A DNA stretch of 64,000 nt from Eledone cirrhosa (taxonomy: Eukaryota), in assembly GCA_964016885.1 (NCBI GenBank), contig OZ024741.1:184388001-184452000 (forward strand). The letters are read 5' to 3'. Shown here in pieces: positions 43,149 to 58,566 of the stretch; position 1 is the stretch's first letter; every line of letters begins with the position of its first letter. A program made the translations under genes and the position numbers. Below the pieces are notes generated by a model, which worked only from the letters and a program-made list of their open reading frames with translations, ran no database searches and was not told where the DNA came from.

Positions 43149-43198
<50 letters not shown>

Positions 43199-43269
43199 AC
43201 AGGGAGAAAGAGACGATTATGAGGAAGAAATATATATATATATTTTTTCCTTTTTTTATATATATATAT

Positions 43270-43415
43270 ATAAATTAATAAAAACAATGAGATAAAAACA
43301 AAGAACCATTTCCATATATCAAAAAATTCATCATTTTACGATCGTTTCTGGGATGTATATGTGTGTTGGAATGTATATCATGTTTAAGATCTATGTAAAA
43401 ATATTACAAATTTGT
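43270..43415 (-). repeat. pLTR fragment of the 61146-63580 PLE family (3' half of HHR)
   Basis: Matches about 61146-61283, including tcatcattttacgatcgtttc. Confidence 0.75.
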
Positions 43416-43470
43416 ACACTACCGTATATTTTGGTAAATTTATATCTCTCTCTCTCTATATATATATATA

Positions 43471-43552
<82 letters not shown>

Positions 43553-43831
43553 TATATATATATATAGAAAGAGAGAGATAAATTTACCAAAATATACGTA
43601 TATATATATGGGTGTGTGTATATATATATATATATACTACAAAAATGCGATTAAAGATGCCACGTCTGAGAATATCAGAAACATGCTTTGTCATATCACC
43701 TTTGGAATAATCTTAAAGATTCCAAGTAATGAATCCGCGCATTTATTAACATTAAATCAAATATCGACTGTAATTGTTTGATGTGTTTATTTTATATGTA
43801 TATGTCAATCAACTTTTAATTTAATGTTAAT

Positions 43832-43930
<99 letters not shown>

Positions 43931-44606
43931 CTGTGTGTGGTAGTGTGTGTGTGTGTGTCAGACGCTGTGTCTCCGGATATCGAACATTACCGTCGGTATG
44001 GGTGGAAACTCCCAGAAGTCCATCTCGACGGCTGAAGACTTTGGATTTCTGTCTTTTTCTTTTGTATCTTTATATTCAAAACATTTTTATTTTGTCGTTT
44101 CACCTTCACTAAAAGTTTTTTTAGTTTTGCCTTATTTTCGTTCGTCGTCTGTTAATTTTCCTCAGTTTATTATTACTAATCTGTGATGATTGTATTCCTT
44201 CTTTTCTCCCCAATAATTTCAATGATGTATATTCTTAACATGGTATCTTACTTTCTTCTTCTTTTCTTTTTCTTTTCTTTTTATTTTCTTTCTTTTCTTT
44301 TGTTCTTTTCTTACGAGACATTCATTGCTATAAAATCACAATACATTCTCCTAGACTTCACATAAAATTCTATGTGTAAATGTTACAGCTTAATTGCAAT
44401 TAGTTAATGATTTGTCTTGTCTTTTACTCAGCGGACAGCGCTTTGGCTTGTGTTTGACGCTGTGACCAAGGCTGAAGACCAGGGAATTCTGTGTCATTCG
44501 TTTGTATTTTTATTTGAAAAATTCTTCTTTTGAAGTTCTCCCGTCAAAATTTTGTTTTCCGTTCGCCTTGATTTCGTTCGTTTTCTTTCCTCTATTAATT
44601 TTTCGA

Positions 44607-44642
<36 letters not shown>

Positions 44643-44725
44643 GGAGGTGAGTTTTATTGTAGTACAATAAAGCAATGCAGATATCGGATAAGAAGCACTC
44701 TACAGTTTGTGGGACTGGAGTATGC

Positions 44726-45057
44726 ATAATATAAGATCAAAAGATGGTTAAAGGAGTTCAATATATTTTATTATGCGCATTTCAAAAACAAACATCATCA
44801 AACAATAATATTTGTGTTTTCATCAGATAAAACAGGAGAACATGATATGAAGGCTAAAAAAAAAAAAACACTTGTTGATAGTGCAGTTTTGATATGTTGA
44901 TTTAAAACTGCACTATCAACAAGTGTTTTTTTTTTAGCCTTCATATCATGTTCTCCTGTTTTATCTGATGAAAACACAAATATTATTGTTTGATGATGTT
45001 TGTTTTTGAAATGCGCATAATAAAATATATTGAACTCCTTTAACCATCTTTTGATCT

Positions 45058-45065
<8 letters not shown>
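44726..45065. repeat. Near-perfect fold-back, arms of about 165 bp with a 13-nt loop
   Basis: 44726-44890 is the reverse complement of 44904-45065 apart from a poly-A/T length difference. Confidence 0.9.
44959..45025 (+). ncRNA. Type-I hammerhead (mirror copy 44766-44832 on minus)
   Basis: ttttat-CTGATGA-aaac-acaaatattatt-gttt-gatgatgtttgt-tttt-GAAA-tgcgca-TA-ataaaa; 12-bp stem II helix with three G.U pairs. Confidence 0.85.
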
Positions 45066-45091
<26 letters not shown>

Positions 45092-45094
<3 letters not shown>

Positions 45095-45715
45095 TTCCGC
45101 ATTAACTCTCCTGCTCTGAGCCGGCGCTACAGTAAAGCCAGATTCCCAGTGTTTCTCCAGTGCAAGGCGCATACAATATTCCACTACGATGATAAAAAGG
45201 TAGGGAGCCAATGTATCTCCCCGGAGCACTCCAGCCAGTATCTCAAAGAACTCTGTCATCTCATCAGGTGTAATGACTTGGGATTTTGTGTTGGTGTAGA
45301 GAAGTGATATCAGGTCCACTATCTTCTTGGAGATTCCATAAGCCTGTAAGAACTTCATCAGGCAGTGACGGTCCACAGAATCAAAGGCCTTCCTAAAGTC
45401 AATGAAAACCATGACCGCAGATCTGTATGAGCGCAGAGCTGTATGGGAGCCTCCCAAGAGTCAGCTCAAAAGTGACACAGAGGAGACTGAGGTTAGCTGG
45501 ACATGCTCACCGACATCCAGCGTTGACATTGCACTCAGTGCTCCTGTGGGAGCCCCTACATGGACACACTGGAAGAGGAAGACCAAGGTTAACGTATGTT
45601 GATGCCCTAAGGACAGACACTGGTCTGTTGGAGACGCAGGACATGGCAGCGATAATGAAGGACAGGGACCGCTCGAGAGAACTAGTCCATGGGTCTCGGG
45701 AATTTTACCCGCCCT
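45092..45715. mobile_element. RTE-type LINE 3' fragment with internal inversion
   Basis: Minus strand 45092-45424 has RT (FIDFRKAFDSV...GVLRGDTLAPYLFII); plus strand 45425-45715 has the C-terminus (ELYG.LP...RRLRLAGH...GRGRPRLTY...M.DR). Confidence 0.85.
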
Positions 45716-45819
45716 ATATATATATATATATATATGTAAAAGGTAAACAGAAATAACAACACAATCGGTACAGTATGAAGGGATATATTAGGTTTACGCT
45801 TGATATAACAGGAAGATGG

Positions 45820-45855
45820 TCTTAACGTTTCAGACGCTAGTCCTTCATCAGAAGA
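45820..45855 (-). ncRNA. Minimal type-I hammerhead
   Basis: tctt-CTGATGA-aggac-tagc-gtct-GAAA-cgtt-aaga, the minimal PLE-type form. Confidence 0.8.
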
Positions 45856-46614
45856 AAGAATGAAAAATAAGATAGATTGAGGGGATGGGTGGGCTGGAAT
45901 TGGAAAAGTGCTGGAAGGTTTTTGATATGAAATCGTGTGTCGAAACGAATATTGTTATACATGGGGAGGGTCATATTGTTGTAATAATATTGCCAGAAAT
46001 AATAACAGAACACACTCCCTGTTTGGTTGGTTTTCGTTTCTGTATCTTTTATATCTCCATAGTTAATTTATTTGGCAATCAATGTTATCTTGGATTGACC
46101 AACGGTTAAAAATACCGATATAAATATATATCGGTATTTTTAAATATATATCGGTACTTTGATAGACTATATATATATTGTCTATCAAAGTTCTTTCGTT
46201 GCACACCTGCAACATCATCATTGGTTGTATTATGTTTACTCCCATTGTATTGTATTGTACTGTAATGTCTACGCCATTTTTATTTTATTTTATTTATTTA
46301 TTTATTTATTTTTGTCTCCGTCTCTGCGCATGCGTTTGGTGTGTGTGTGTTCGCGTTTGAGTGTATGTGTTTATGTTTATGTATTCTATCTTTGTTTACT
46401 AGTGTGTGTTTATATGTGTTTGTTGTTATTGTACTTGTGTATATATTTATATATTTATCTATTTATGTTTCCCTTAAGTCAGTATTGTTTGTTTTGGTAT
46501 GGTTGTTGTTGTTATTCCATTCCTTTTGTCTGTTTAATTTTGGTCTTTTAAGCTGTATCTCAGTTGCTACTCTGATTTACCTACCTGTTAGTACAGTGGG
46601 TTTTCTTGAAGGGG

Positions 46615-47019
46615 TACCCCTTTAAGAAAACCCACCGTACTAATAAGAAATGTGTTATATGTAAAATGAACCCCCAGAACATCTGTAAAACTAGAAATGT
46701 AGTCTATAGCATAAGATGTACATACATAGGTCAGACACCTCGAAGCATAGGAGAATGAATAGACCAACACTGGGGGAAACTAAAAGGACAAAAAAAAAAC
46801 GGTTCAGTACTATACGAACACTCCAGACAAAGACATAACGGTAATATAGACAACATAGAAATTAATATAATATCTAAACATAGAAATGACTCAACAGGTA
46901 GACAAATCAGAGAAGCAACTGAGATAGAGCTTAGAAGACCAAAATTATACAGAAAATATGAATGGAATAACAACAACAACCATACCCAAACAAACAATAC
47001 TGACTTAAGGGAAATATAA
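46615..47019 (+). pseudogene. PLE GIY-YIG endonuclease (absent from the ORF track)
   Basis: Manual translation PFKKTHRTNKKCVIC...CKTRNVVYSIRCTYIGQTPRSIGE*IDQH...SVLYEH...RQIREATEI...PKLYRKYEW; one stop at 46756. Confidence 0.85.
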
Positions 47020-47312
47020 ATAAATAAATGGATAAATATATACACAAGTACAATAACAACAAACACATATAAACACACACTAGTAAACAAAGATAGAATT
47101 AAAAAACATAAACACATACACTCAAACCCCAACACACACACCAAACGTTATACACTCACGCAAACGCATGCGCAGAGACGGAGACAAGAATAAATAAAAT
47201 AAAAAAATGGCATAGACATTACAGTACAATACAATACAATGGGAGGAAACATAAAAGTACCACTGATGATGTTGCAGATGTGCAACGAAAGAACTTTGAT
47301 AGACTATATATA

Positions 47313-47354
<42 letters not shown>

Positions 47355-47360
47355 ATATAT

Positions 47361-47399
<39 letters not shown>

Positions 47400-47405
47400 T
47401 ATATG

Positions 47406-47436
<31 letters not shown>

Positions 47437-47647
47437 TTTTAACCGTTGGTCAGTCAATGATAAATATTGATTGCCAAATAAATTAACTATGGAGATATAA
47501 AAGATACAGAAACGAAAACCAACCAAACAGTGCGTGTGTTCTGTTATTATTTCTGGCAATATTATTACAACAATATGACCCTCCCCATGTATAACAATAT
47601 ATATATGTATATGTATATATATATAAATGTATATACATATATATATA

Positions 47648-47832
47648 TAGGAAAAGAATCAGGACAACGACGGCTGAGCTCCGGCCGTTCCAACAGCTGT
47701 TCGGATCTAGCCGTCGAAACGGCCGGAGCTCAGCCGTTGGGGTCCTGACTCTTTCCTATTAACCACTCTACTACCCTAAATATCGAGTACTCTGGTGCGT
47801 TATGGTCCACCTGGTTTCTTACCACACTTCGT
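47648..47832 (+). repeat. Short fold-back pLTR end (family B); other copies 16064-16232 (+), 22448-22576 (-), 48110-48143 (-), 53274-53465 (+)
   Basis: Shared tail ttcctatta.cca.tctact.ccctaa.tattgagtac.ctggtgc.ttatggtcca.ctggtt.cttacc; contains the HHR 3' half GAAAcggc...gccGTY. Confidence 0.75.
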
Positions 47833-47833
47833 T

Positions 47834-48020
47834 GGTGGATTGGCAGTATCGGTAGAGACTCGGACGCCATGCTTTCCAGCATAGTTACGTCCCTTTACGG
47901 TCTGAGTTCAAATCCCGCCGAGGTTTACTTTGCCTTTCATCCTTACGGGGTCGATAAAATAAAGTACCAGTAATACCCCAGGATAATTGCTGGCCTTGTG
48001 CCAAAAGTAGAAACAATTAT
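47834..48020 (+). mobile_element. SINE (family S)
   Basis: Full SINE body. Confidence 0.9.
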
Positions 48021-48073
48021 ATATATATATATATATCCATGCGCAACCATGCAGTATTCTTCTCCCCCATATT

Positions 48074-48113
<40 letters not shown>

Positions 48114-48657
48114 CGAAGTGTGGTAAGAAACCGAGTGGACCATAATGTGTATGTATGTATCTATGTATTTGTGTGTGTGAGTGCATGTGTTTGTGCGTGC
48201 ATGCGTGTGCGTATGCATGTGAGTACAGGCATAAATATTCTAACACATATAGACACTTAATTGCATAAACACGTTTTCTGTCGGGCATAAATATATATAA
48301 ATACATACGACACAGTCACTTGAACGTGCACTCACACACATACACACAAGCTCACATAGACACACAGTATACATAAACACATATACATAACACGTATATA
48401 TATATAAACACGTCTCATAAATAACAAGACCTCTGTCTGGTGTTTTAGCAAACATTGATTGCTGCCAGTTATTTCAGGTAGGGGGTGCCGTGAGACAATA
48501 TAAATCTGCCGTTATCAAGAAACTGGCTGACAAGGGTGATTTTAGCCGATGGTCAATAGAAGCTGGTCCGGCCAATGGTGAATAACCAATCAGAGAACGG
48601 AAGATAAAGGAGGAGATGTAATTGGAAGATGAAGAGTGGCAGGGAAATTAGTGAGAG

Positions 48658-48703
<46 letters not shown>

Positions 48704-48869
48704 AAGGGAGAGAGAGGGTGAGTGAAGAAGTGAGAATGAGAGGAAGATAAAGATATAGAGAGATAGAAATAAAGAGAGATAGAAATAGAGAGAGGAGTGG
48801 ATAGAAGAGAGACACACAAAGAATAGGGAAAGTAAGACAGAAAATAGGAGAGAAAGAGAGTGAACGAGA

Positions 48870-48943
<74 letters not shown>

Positions 48944-49094
48944 GTAAGGGAATGAGAGGGACAACAAGAGAAATGATAGAAGAGAGCTGTTTATCTTTTG
49001 AATACAGGACACTAAGTGTCCAGTAAAGTGTTGCTGTCAAGATGTTGATGATGATGATAGTCATCAGCATCGACTCTGTAGTCATTGGCGTTGT

Positions 49095-49127
<33 letters not shown>

Positions 49128-49466
49128 TGCCTTCAACATTATCCCCATCAACGTCGACATTACCACCATCAGTAACTCCCCCTTCCGACAATCTGATGAA
49201 TCGTGGTCTGATGAATGGAGTTTTCATCTACAGTATGTTATTAACAGCAATTAATTCAATTTCAATATAAAGAACAAATGGTAAACTGACTAAATGTATT
49301 GAAATAATATATAAGATTATATATAAGGTTGAAAGAGATAGAAGGCTAAACAATGCAAAATGGAGTGTAAGATGGGGCAACGAAAAGTAATCTGGTAATC
49401 TTTGTTGTTTTTTTTGTTTTTTTGTTTTTTTTTATTTTGTCCATTATCCACTGAAAGTTCCTTAAA

Positions 49467-49502
49467 CCCTGATGAAGGGACTTTTAGGTCCAGAAATATT
49501 GG
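49467..49502 (+). ncRNA. Minimal hammerhead inside diverged inverted repeats (about 49320-49435 and 49505-49848)
   Basis: cc-CTGATGA-agggac-ttttag-gtcca-GAAA-tatt-gg; short stem I. Confidence 0.6.
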
Positions 49503-49622
49503 ACGAATAAAAGAACAACAAAAAACAAAAAAAAACAAAAAAAAAAAACAAAGATTACCGAGTAACTTTTACTTTTCTTTACCTCATCTTACAGTCGATT
49601 TTCCATTATTTAGCCTTCTATC

Positions 49623-49815
49623 GACGGAGGGCGGTGAATTGGCAATATCGGTAGAGGGTCGGACACCATGCTTTGACGCATAGAGTTACGACCCTTGCCA
49701 TTCTGAGTTCAAATACCGCCGAGGTTAACTTTGCCTTTCATCCTTACGGGGTCGATAAAATAAAGTACCAGTAATGTACTCGTTAATTGCTGGCCTTGTG
49801 CCAATAGTAGAAACA
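49623..49815 (+). mobile_element. SINE (family S) with 18-bp TSD
   Basis: attatttagccttctatc at 49605-49622 and 49816-49833. Confidence 0.92.
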
Positions 49816-50196
49816 ATTATTTAGCCTTCTATCACTTTCAAAGTTATATATTACATACAATGATTTAAGCAAACTACATTATTTTATTATAAGAATATTT
49901 ATACAGTTGTCCCCCCCCCCCCCCCCCCGGTATTTGCTGAGATTGCGTTCCTAGAGCAACCACGAAGAGTGAAAAACAGCGAATATTCGGTGTGGTTCAT
50001 TAAAAAATCTATCAGCGTCAAAATATAAGCGTAAAAAATAGGCCGGCAAATACGGTATATTGTCATTAATAATTTAGCGTTAAAATGTGTTATCAAATAT
50101 ATATTGCCACGAACAAAGCTATTGAAATATCGCAGAGGATATTTACGATTCCGCAAATATGCGATGGTTTCTTCGAACAATTATTAGTTAGGAAGT

Positions 50197-50610
50197 GGAT
50201 TGGCAGTATCGGTAGAGGGTCGGACGCCATGCTTTCCAGCATAGAGTTGCGTCCCTTTACGTTCTGTGTTCAAATCACGCTGGGGTTACTTTTGAATTTT
50301 ATCATTATGGGGTCGGTAAAATAAAGTACCAGTAACGTACTGGGGTCAATTTAATCGACTTTCCTCTCCCCCAAAATTGGTGGTCTTGTGCCTATAGTAA
50401 AAATCATTATTGTTGCAATGGCGGTGAATTGGCAGTATCGGTAGAGGGTCGGACGCCATGCTTTCCAGCATAGAGTTACGGCCCTTGCCATTCTGAGTTC
50501 AAATCCCGCCGAGGTTAACTTTGCCTTTCATCCTTACGGGGTCGATAAAATAAAGTACCAGTAATGCACTGGGTATATGCTGGCCTTGTGCCTAAAGTAG
50601 AAACAATTAT
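50197..50610 (+). mobile_element. SINE dimer (50197-50410 and 50419-50610)
   Basis: Two SINE subtypes head to tail inside one 21-bp direct repeat. Confidence 0.85.
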
Positions 50611-50883
50611 TAGTTAGGAAGTATTGAAAATTCTGCGAATAAATAGGACCGCGTGTATGTGTTTACGTCTATGTATCCGAGAACAGGTGCAAATAGTTTC
50701 GCCGAGTTCCAATACTTTCGTTGAAAGGTAATTTATAATTCGATAAACAGATTTCGATAAATACCAAAAAGCAAAATATTGGCTAGCTTCAATATCACAA
50801 ACTAAAAATATTTCAAAATGGTGCCCTAGCATTGTTGCAGTTTCCAGACTGAAACCAATTAAAGAACAAAAAAAAAAGGTAAA

Positions 50884-51559
50884 ATAATTGTTTCTACTTT
50901 TAGCACAAGGCCAGCAATTACCCAGTGCATTACTGGTACTTTATTTTATCGACCCCGTAAGGATGAAAGGGAAAGTTAACCTCGGCGGGATTTGAACTCA
51001 GATCATAGAGGGTCGTAACTCTTTGCTGCAAAGCATGGCGTCCGACGGTCTACCGATACTGCCAATCCACCTCCCTCAAGTTAAAATAATAATAATAATT
51101 GTTTCTACTTTAGGCTTAAGGCCAGCAAATTTCCCAGTGCATTACTGGTACTTTATTTTATCGACCCCGTAAGGATGAAAGGCAAAGTCAACCTCGGCGG
51201 GATTTGAACTCAGATCGTAAAGGGACGTAACTATGCTGGAAATAATAATAATAATAATAATAATTGTTTCTACTTTAGGCACAAGGCCAGCAATTACCCA
51301 GTGCATTACTGGTACTTTATTTTATCGACCCCGTAAGGATGAAAGGCAAAGTCAATCTCGGCGGGATTTGAACTCAGATCGTAAAGGGACGTAACTATGC
51401 TGGAAATAATAATAATAATAATAATAATAATTGTTTCTACTTTAGGCACAAGGCCAGCAATAACCCAGTGCATTACTGGTACTTTATTTTATCGACCCCG
51501 TAAGGATGAAAGGCAAAGTCAACCTCGGCGGGATTTGAACTCAGTTCGTAAAGGGACGT
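50884..51559 (-). mobile_element. Stack of four SINEs (one full, three 5'-truncated)
   Basis: Copies at about 50884-51075, 51090-51241, 51260-51405 and 51426-51559, separated by (AAT)n tails. Confidence 0.88.
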
Positions 51560-51891
51560 ATAATAATAATAAAAGATAAAATAATAACATATTTTTGGAA
51601 AATATTTGAAATAATTTGATCTGAGGAAATATTTCTAGTCTTGGTTCCTACAAACATGTTTTTGGTGGATGTCTATAAATAGTTTCTGAAACAAAATAAA
51701 ATGTTTTGTGGGTTACCATTGATCGTAGAAGATATATAGCTTTAGAGATATTGATAATGATATGTCTGATCATGGACATATCAATATCTTTATTGAATAT
51801 ATATTATATGGCGGTATAATGTTTTTAGAGAAGAAACAAGGCGGATGACGGGAAGTAAAGTGAACGGAGGTATATATACACATAAATACAA

Positions 51892-51930
<39 letters not shown>

Positions 51931-52005
51931 CATATTTGAACATATATAAATAAATAAATATATATATATATATATGTATGTATATATATACATATAAACA
52001 TATAT

Positions 52006-52046
<41 letters not shown>

Positions 52047-52247
52047 CACATGCATACACAAATATATATATACATATTAACAATCTTCCTGTGAACTAGT
52101 GCAGAAGTGTTTCGTGAAAACGTTGCCATTTGTCAAGTATTACAATGTAAAATCTAAGGATTTATAGTTTCTGAAGGTAAAAAATGGAATACATGCATAC
52201 ATACACAGATACACACACACACAGACATATATATATACACATATATA

Positions 52248-52303
<56 letters not shown>

Positions 52304-53049
52304 CGTACATAAACAAAATAAATTAAATCAAATCAAATAAATCAGATAAATAGAACAACAACAACAACAACAACAAATAACTAAATAAATAATTGTATAC
52401 AACGCTGTCGAATATCGGAACTAGTGGAACAGAATAATTTCAATATTTTATTTTTTATTTATTTAGATTTACTATTCTACCGAAGAAATCCAGTGTAAAA
52501 TGAAAGTCAAAGTACGTTTTGATCTTTTTTTCTATATTTCTTTGTTTTATTACAGTTCATATTGAATGTTTTTGTCGTGAGTATATCTAAATATATTTGT
52601 TTATATGTCAGTATATATATATTGACTTATGTATAATTTGTTGTTATATTTCGCATGTTTGTGTATACGTATTCACTGTGGTTGTGTTTGTATCTGTGCT
52701 TGTGTGTGCACAGGCGTGTGTTTTTGTGTGGTTCAAAAATGTCTTTTCGAAGACTGGACGCTTCCTCAAGCATCACAATAAATGTTCGGTTGTTTCGTAT
52801 TACTTGGCTTGCTTCAGTGATGAGAATGAAGACATGTAAGAAAAATTCAAATTATCCATATATTTTTATACATATATCTATGTATTCATATGTGTATGTA
52901 TGTAACCATGTATGCATGCTTGTATGTATGTATGTATGTATTAATGTATGTATGCATGCTTGTATTTATGTATGTATGTATTAATGTATGTTTGCAAGTA
53001 TGTATCTATATATTTATGTATTATGCATGCATATATGTATCATCATCAT

Positions 53050-55500
<2,451 letters not shown>

Positions 55501-56449
55501 TTATAAATATATCAATGGAAACTGAATGTACTGAAGATAAAACAATATTATTAATTTGAGTGTGAAATTCGGGTCGTCTCTCAAGAGCAACCGTTAATAC
55601 GCTTGTGTGAACATTGGAAGTTATGTGTGCCTGCATAAATAAGCATGCAGTTACATGTACTCGCCTGTAGACCTATATAGATTGAAATGTAGAATTTATA
55701 CACTTACAAACACGCCCACAGAAAGTCACATAGACACACACCTAAAAACATACACATAAATATATATAAAGTTACCCTCTGTGTATGTGTTTGCCTCTAT
55801 TTGTGAGTGCATGTGTACGTGTGTCTTAATTATCAGTATCACCAACACAACGTGCCTCATAATAGAGCCGTATATGAATGCATGTATAATAAAGATACAT
55901 ATATTTACGTGGAAATGCGAGAAACTAAATACTACTAATTCAGAATTGTTAACCGTCTTCAGTGATATTTACTTACTATCGACACTATAATATGCCATAT
56001 GTTCCTTTTGTTCATTAAACATCTGCTAGAAATGTTTAGTGCATACTTGATTGGCCAAGATTAATTAGCAGTAACATTATCGAACGACATTTTATCGAAT
56101 GTTATTCCGTCGAACTGTTTTTTCATCAAACGATATCTTACAGTTTTCTATCGAACGATATTTCTATCGAAATATATCCTATGAAGAGACTTTCCGTTGA
56201 ACGACTTTTAATTGAATAGAATTCTGCTTAAATTATTTTTCCATATTATAACTGTATTAAAATAATTTTTGATAAAATCATTTAACTGTTAAATACAGAA
56301 TGTTTTTGATATAATATAAAAATAGAATTTCCGCTCGAAAAATAAATCAATAAGAAAACTTTAAAAAATTCCATGTGAAATACATAATTATTTGTTCATT
56401 AACGGCTGTTTATCCACTTATAATACACTTTATTCATTTGTTTACTGCA

Positions 56450-56670
56450 TAATAATGGTTTCTTATGTAGGCACAAGGCCAGCAATTTTGGGGGGAGGGA
56501 AAAGTCTATGAAATCGACTCCAGTGCGTGACTGGTACTTTATTTTATCGACCCCGTAAGGATGAAAGGCAAATTTAACCTCGGCGGGGTTTGAACTCAGA
56601 TCATAAAGGGCCGTAACTCTATGCGACAAAGCATGGCGTCCGACCCTCTACCGATACTGCCAATCCACCA
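56450..56670 (-). mobile_element. SINE (family S, long-tail subtype)
   Basis: Reverse copy similar to 4045-4265 and 50197-50410. Confidence 0.88.
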
Positions 56671-56703
56671 ATGAATTAAAAAAATGTTTTCTTCTACAAA
56701 AAG

Positions 56704-57244
56704 CAGACTTGTCAACACTCCCCCGTTGGACAGGATCACTAATCCACTTTGGAGTGGGTGAGAGATGTCTTCTCTTGTGAAAATGGGCATAGATTTCATT
56801 GTGTAAAAGCTCTCCATTTTGTCTCATTTTTCCCCGTTTTGGGGCACATTTTTTCATGGTACTACCCGTTTGGGTTTTTAGAGGTTGGTAGGTCTGAAAT
56901 AGTTCAAACATTTCCTTATTTGTAAATATATACATTTCGCATCGTACAGAATTCCTATGTAGTTACAAGATTGTAACCTGTTAGTTTTCAGAAGGTTCCA
57001 ATTTGTCAAAGTTGATATCCTACAATAATTCTTACTGTCGAATATTGCATATAAATTTCACAAAGTAATGCACAGAAATAAACTTTATCAGACCAGCCAT
57101 CTTCTAATAACCCAAACGGAGAAATGAAGCAAAATGAGGAGATTTTACCTAATGAACGCTATACCCTTTTTCACAAGACATATTTCACCTATCTCAAAGT
57201 GGGTGGGAGATCTCTCCGTTGGCCGGGGAGAGTTGACAGGTCTG
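56704..57244. mobile_element. Old MITE-like element with diverged inverted ends of about 140 bp
   Basis: cagacttgtcaac... versus ...gttgacaggtctg; no convincing TSD; termini look hAT-like. Confidence 0.5.
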
Positions 57245-58349
57245 CTTTACTAAATGAATCAAAATATGACAAAATAAATGTATGCTATAAAAATCCCTCC
57301 TACGATCATGAAAATGCCTGAATGTTCAACAAGCAAAGATTTATTTGAATACCGAAAATATAAGTTTGCTGTGAGTAGATTCATGAAAATCTCTAAACAG
57401 TTGCATTAACAAAATCTTCGCACAAATAATTATATTTAGTTCATCGTCAATAAGTAGCATTTACGTGCAAAAAAAAGGTCTTCTTCCTATGGTGTCCACA
57501 AGAATCTCAGTTACATGCTTGGCTTGATGTGATTCCACCACAGCTGAACACATTACTGACCTTTCTCATTAAACTCTGCCAAGTCTAAAGCTGTGCAGAG
57601 GTGTTCCAGCAGAGGATATATCAGGAGGTGCTGCGTAGCCTGTGCTTCGAAGCCGCTGTCACGCACAACATATCCATCCTTTGAATATCCCCTTTTTTGC
57701 CAGATCGACTTTTACACGTCGAACACATCATCAGTAATTGAAACCTATATTGCAAATAAATGCTATCGATTACACACATACACATACACACACACACGCA
57801 CTCGTGCGCACACACATAGAAACACACAGACCCACACACATGTTTATATCAATACAAGGACAATAGAAAAATACGGATATATCTCATCTTTCTCTCTTAC
57901 ATACATAATTACGTCGGGTGACTGTAAACTTTTCTCCCAAATTTCATTTACAAGATATTTTCGCAACCCAAGGCTATAGTAGAAAATATTTGGCTAATAT
58001 TTGTGTAGTTTGGTGAAAACGGAAACACGTGTGTGTAAATTAAGTCTGTGTACCTGTATGAGAAAGCTGAATGTGTGTTTGTGTGTGTGTGTGAGAGAGA
58101 GAGTGTGTGTGTTTGCCTGTGTATGTGTGTGTTGAATGGTTGTGCTTGATGATGAGGACGACATCGTCAGAGAGAGGTGTTAAGCATTTCACCTAACATG
58201 AAAGACTGAAGAACACTAACTCAAGTTACTGTTCTTCTTTTGCCTTCTCATGGGAATCAATGCATATATTACAGCTAATTAAATGTCGCACAAATGAATA
58301 CGATAATCAAGTCAACAGGGACGCTACTACTACTACTACTACTACTACA

Positions 58350-58566
58350 GTAATTGTTTCTACTTTAGGCTTAAGGCCAGCAATTTAAAGGGGGGGGGAA
58401 CGTGGATTAAATCGTCCCCCGTGCATTACTGATACTTTATCTTATAGACCCCGTAGGGATGAAAGCCAAAGCTAACCTCGGTGGGATGTGAACTCAAAAG
58501 GTAAAGGGCCATAACTCTATGCCGCTAAGCATGTTGTCCGACGCTCTACCGATTCTACCAATCCAC
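58350..58566 (-). mobile_element. SINE (family S, diverged)
   Basis: Reverse copy with head, core and tail recognisable. Confidence 0.8.

Larger units (their letters stand above)
38372..43153 (+). mobile_element. Near full-length Penelope-like element (Neptune-like) with pseudo-LTRs
   Basis: Direct repeats 38372-38606 and 42921-43153, each with TTGATAA-tgcatataaatgca-GAAA-ccgg-TA and ending in (TA)n; long disrupted ORF from about 38688 to 42558 with PLE RT and Cys-linker GIY-YIG. Confidence 0.9.
45735..47600. mobile_element. 5'-truncated PLE (plus, 46616-47600) with inverted pLTR copy (minus, 45735-46615)
   Basis: 45949-46590 is the reverse complement of 46893-47600; GIY-YIG remnant between; HHR at 45820-45855. 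Confidence 0.8.

Noticed and set aside
46756-46758. In-frame TGA as selenocysteine (known in some PLEs)
   Set aside because: It falls at the conserved Arg of GIY-YIG rather than a Cys, and no SECIS was identified; a nonsense mutation is simpler.
49193-49214. Two CTGATGA motifs
   Set aside because: No hairpin-GAAA-stem III downstream.
57593-57979. 128-aa ORF in a moderately GC-rich patch
   Set aside because: No recognisable domain, runs into a CA repeat, and lacks clear splice signals.
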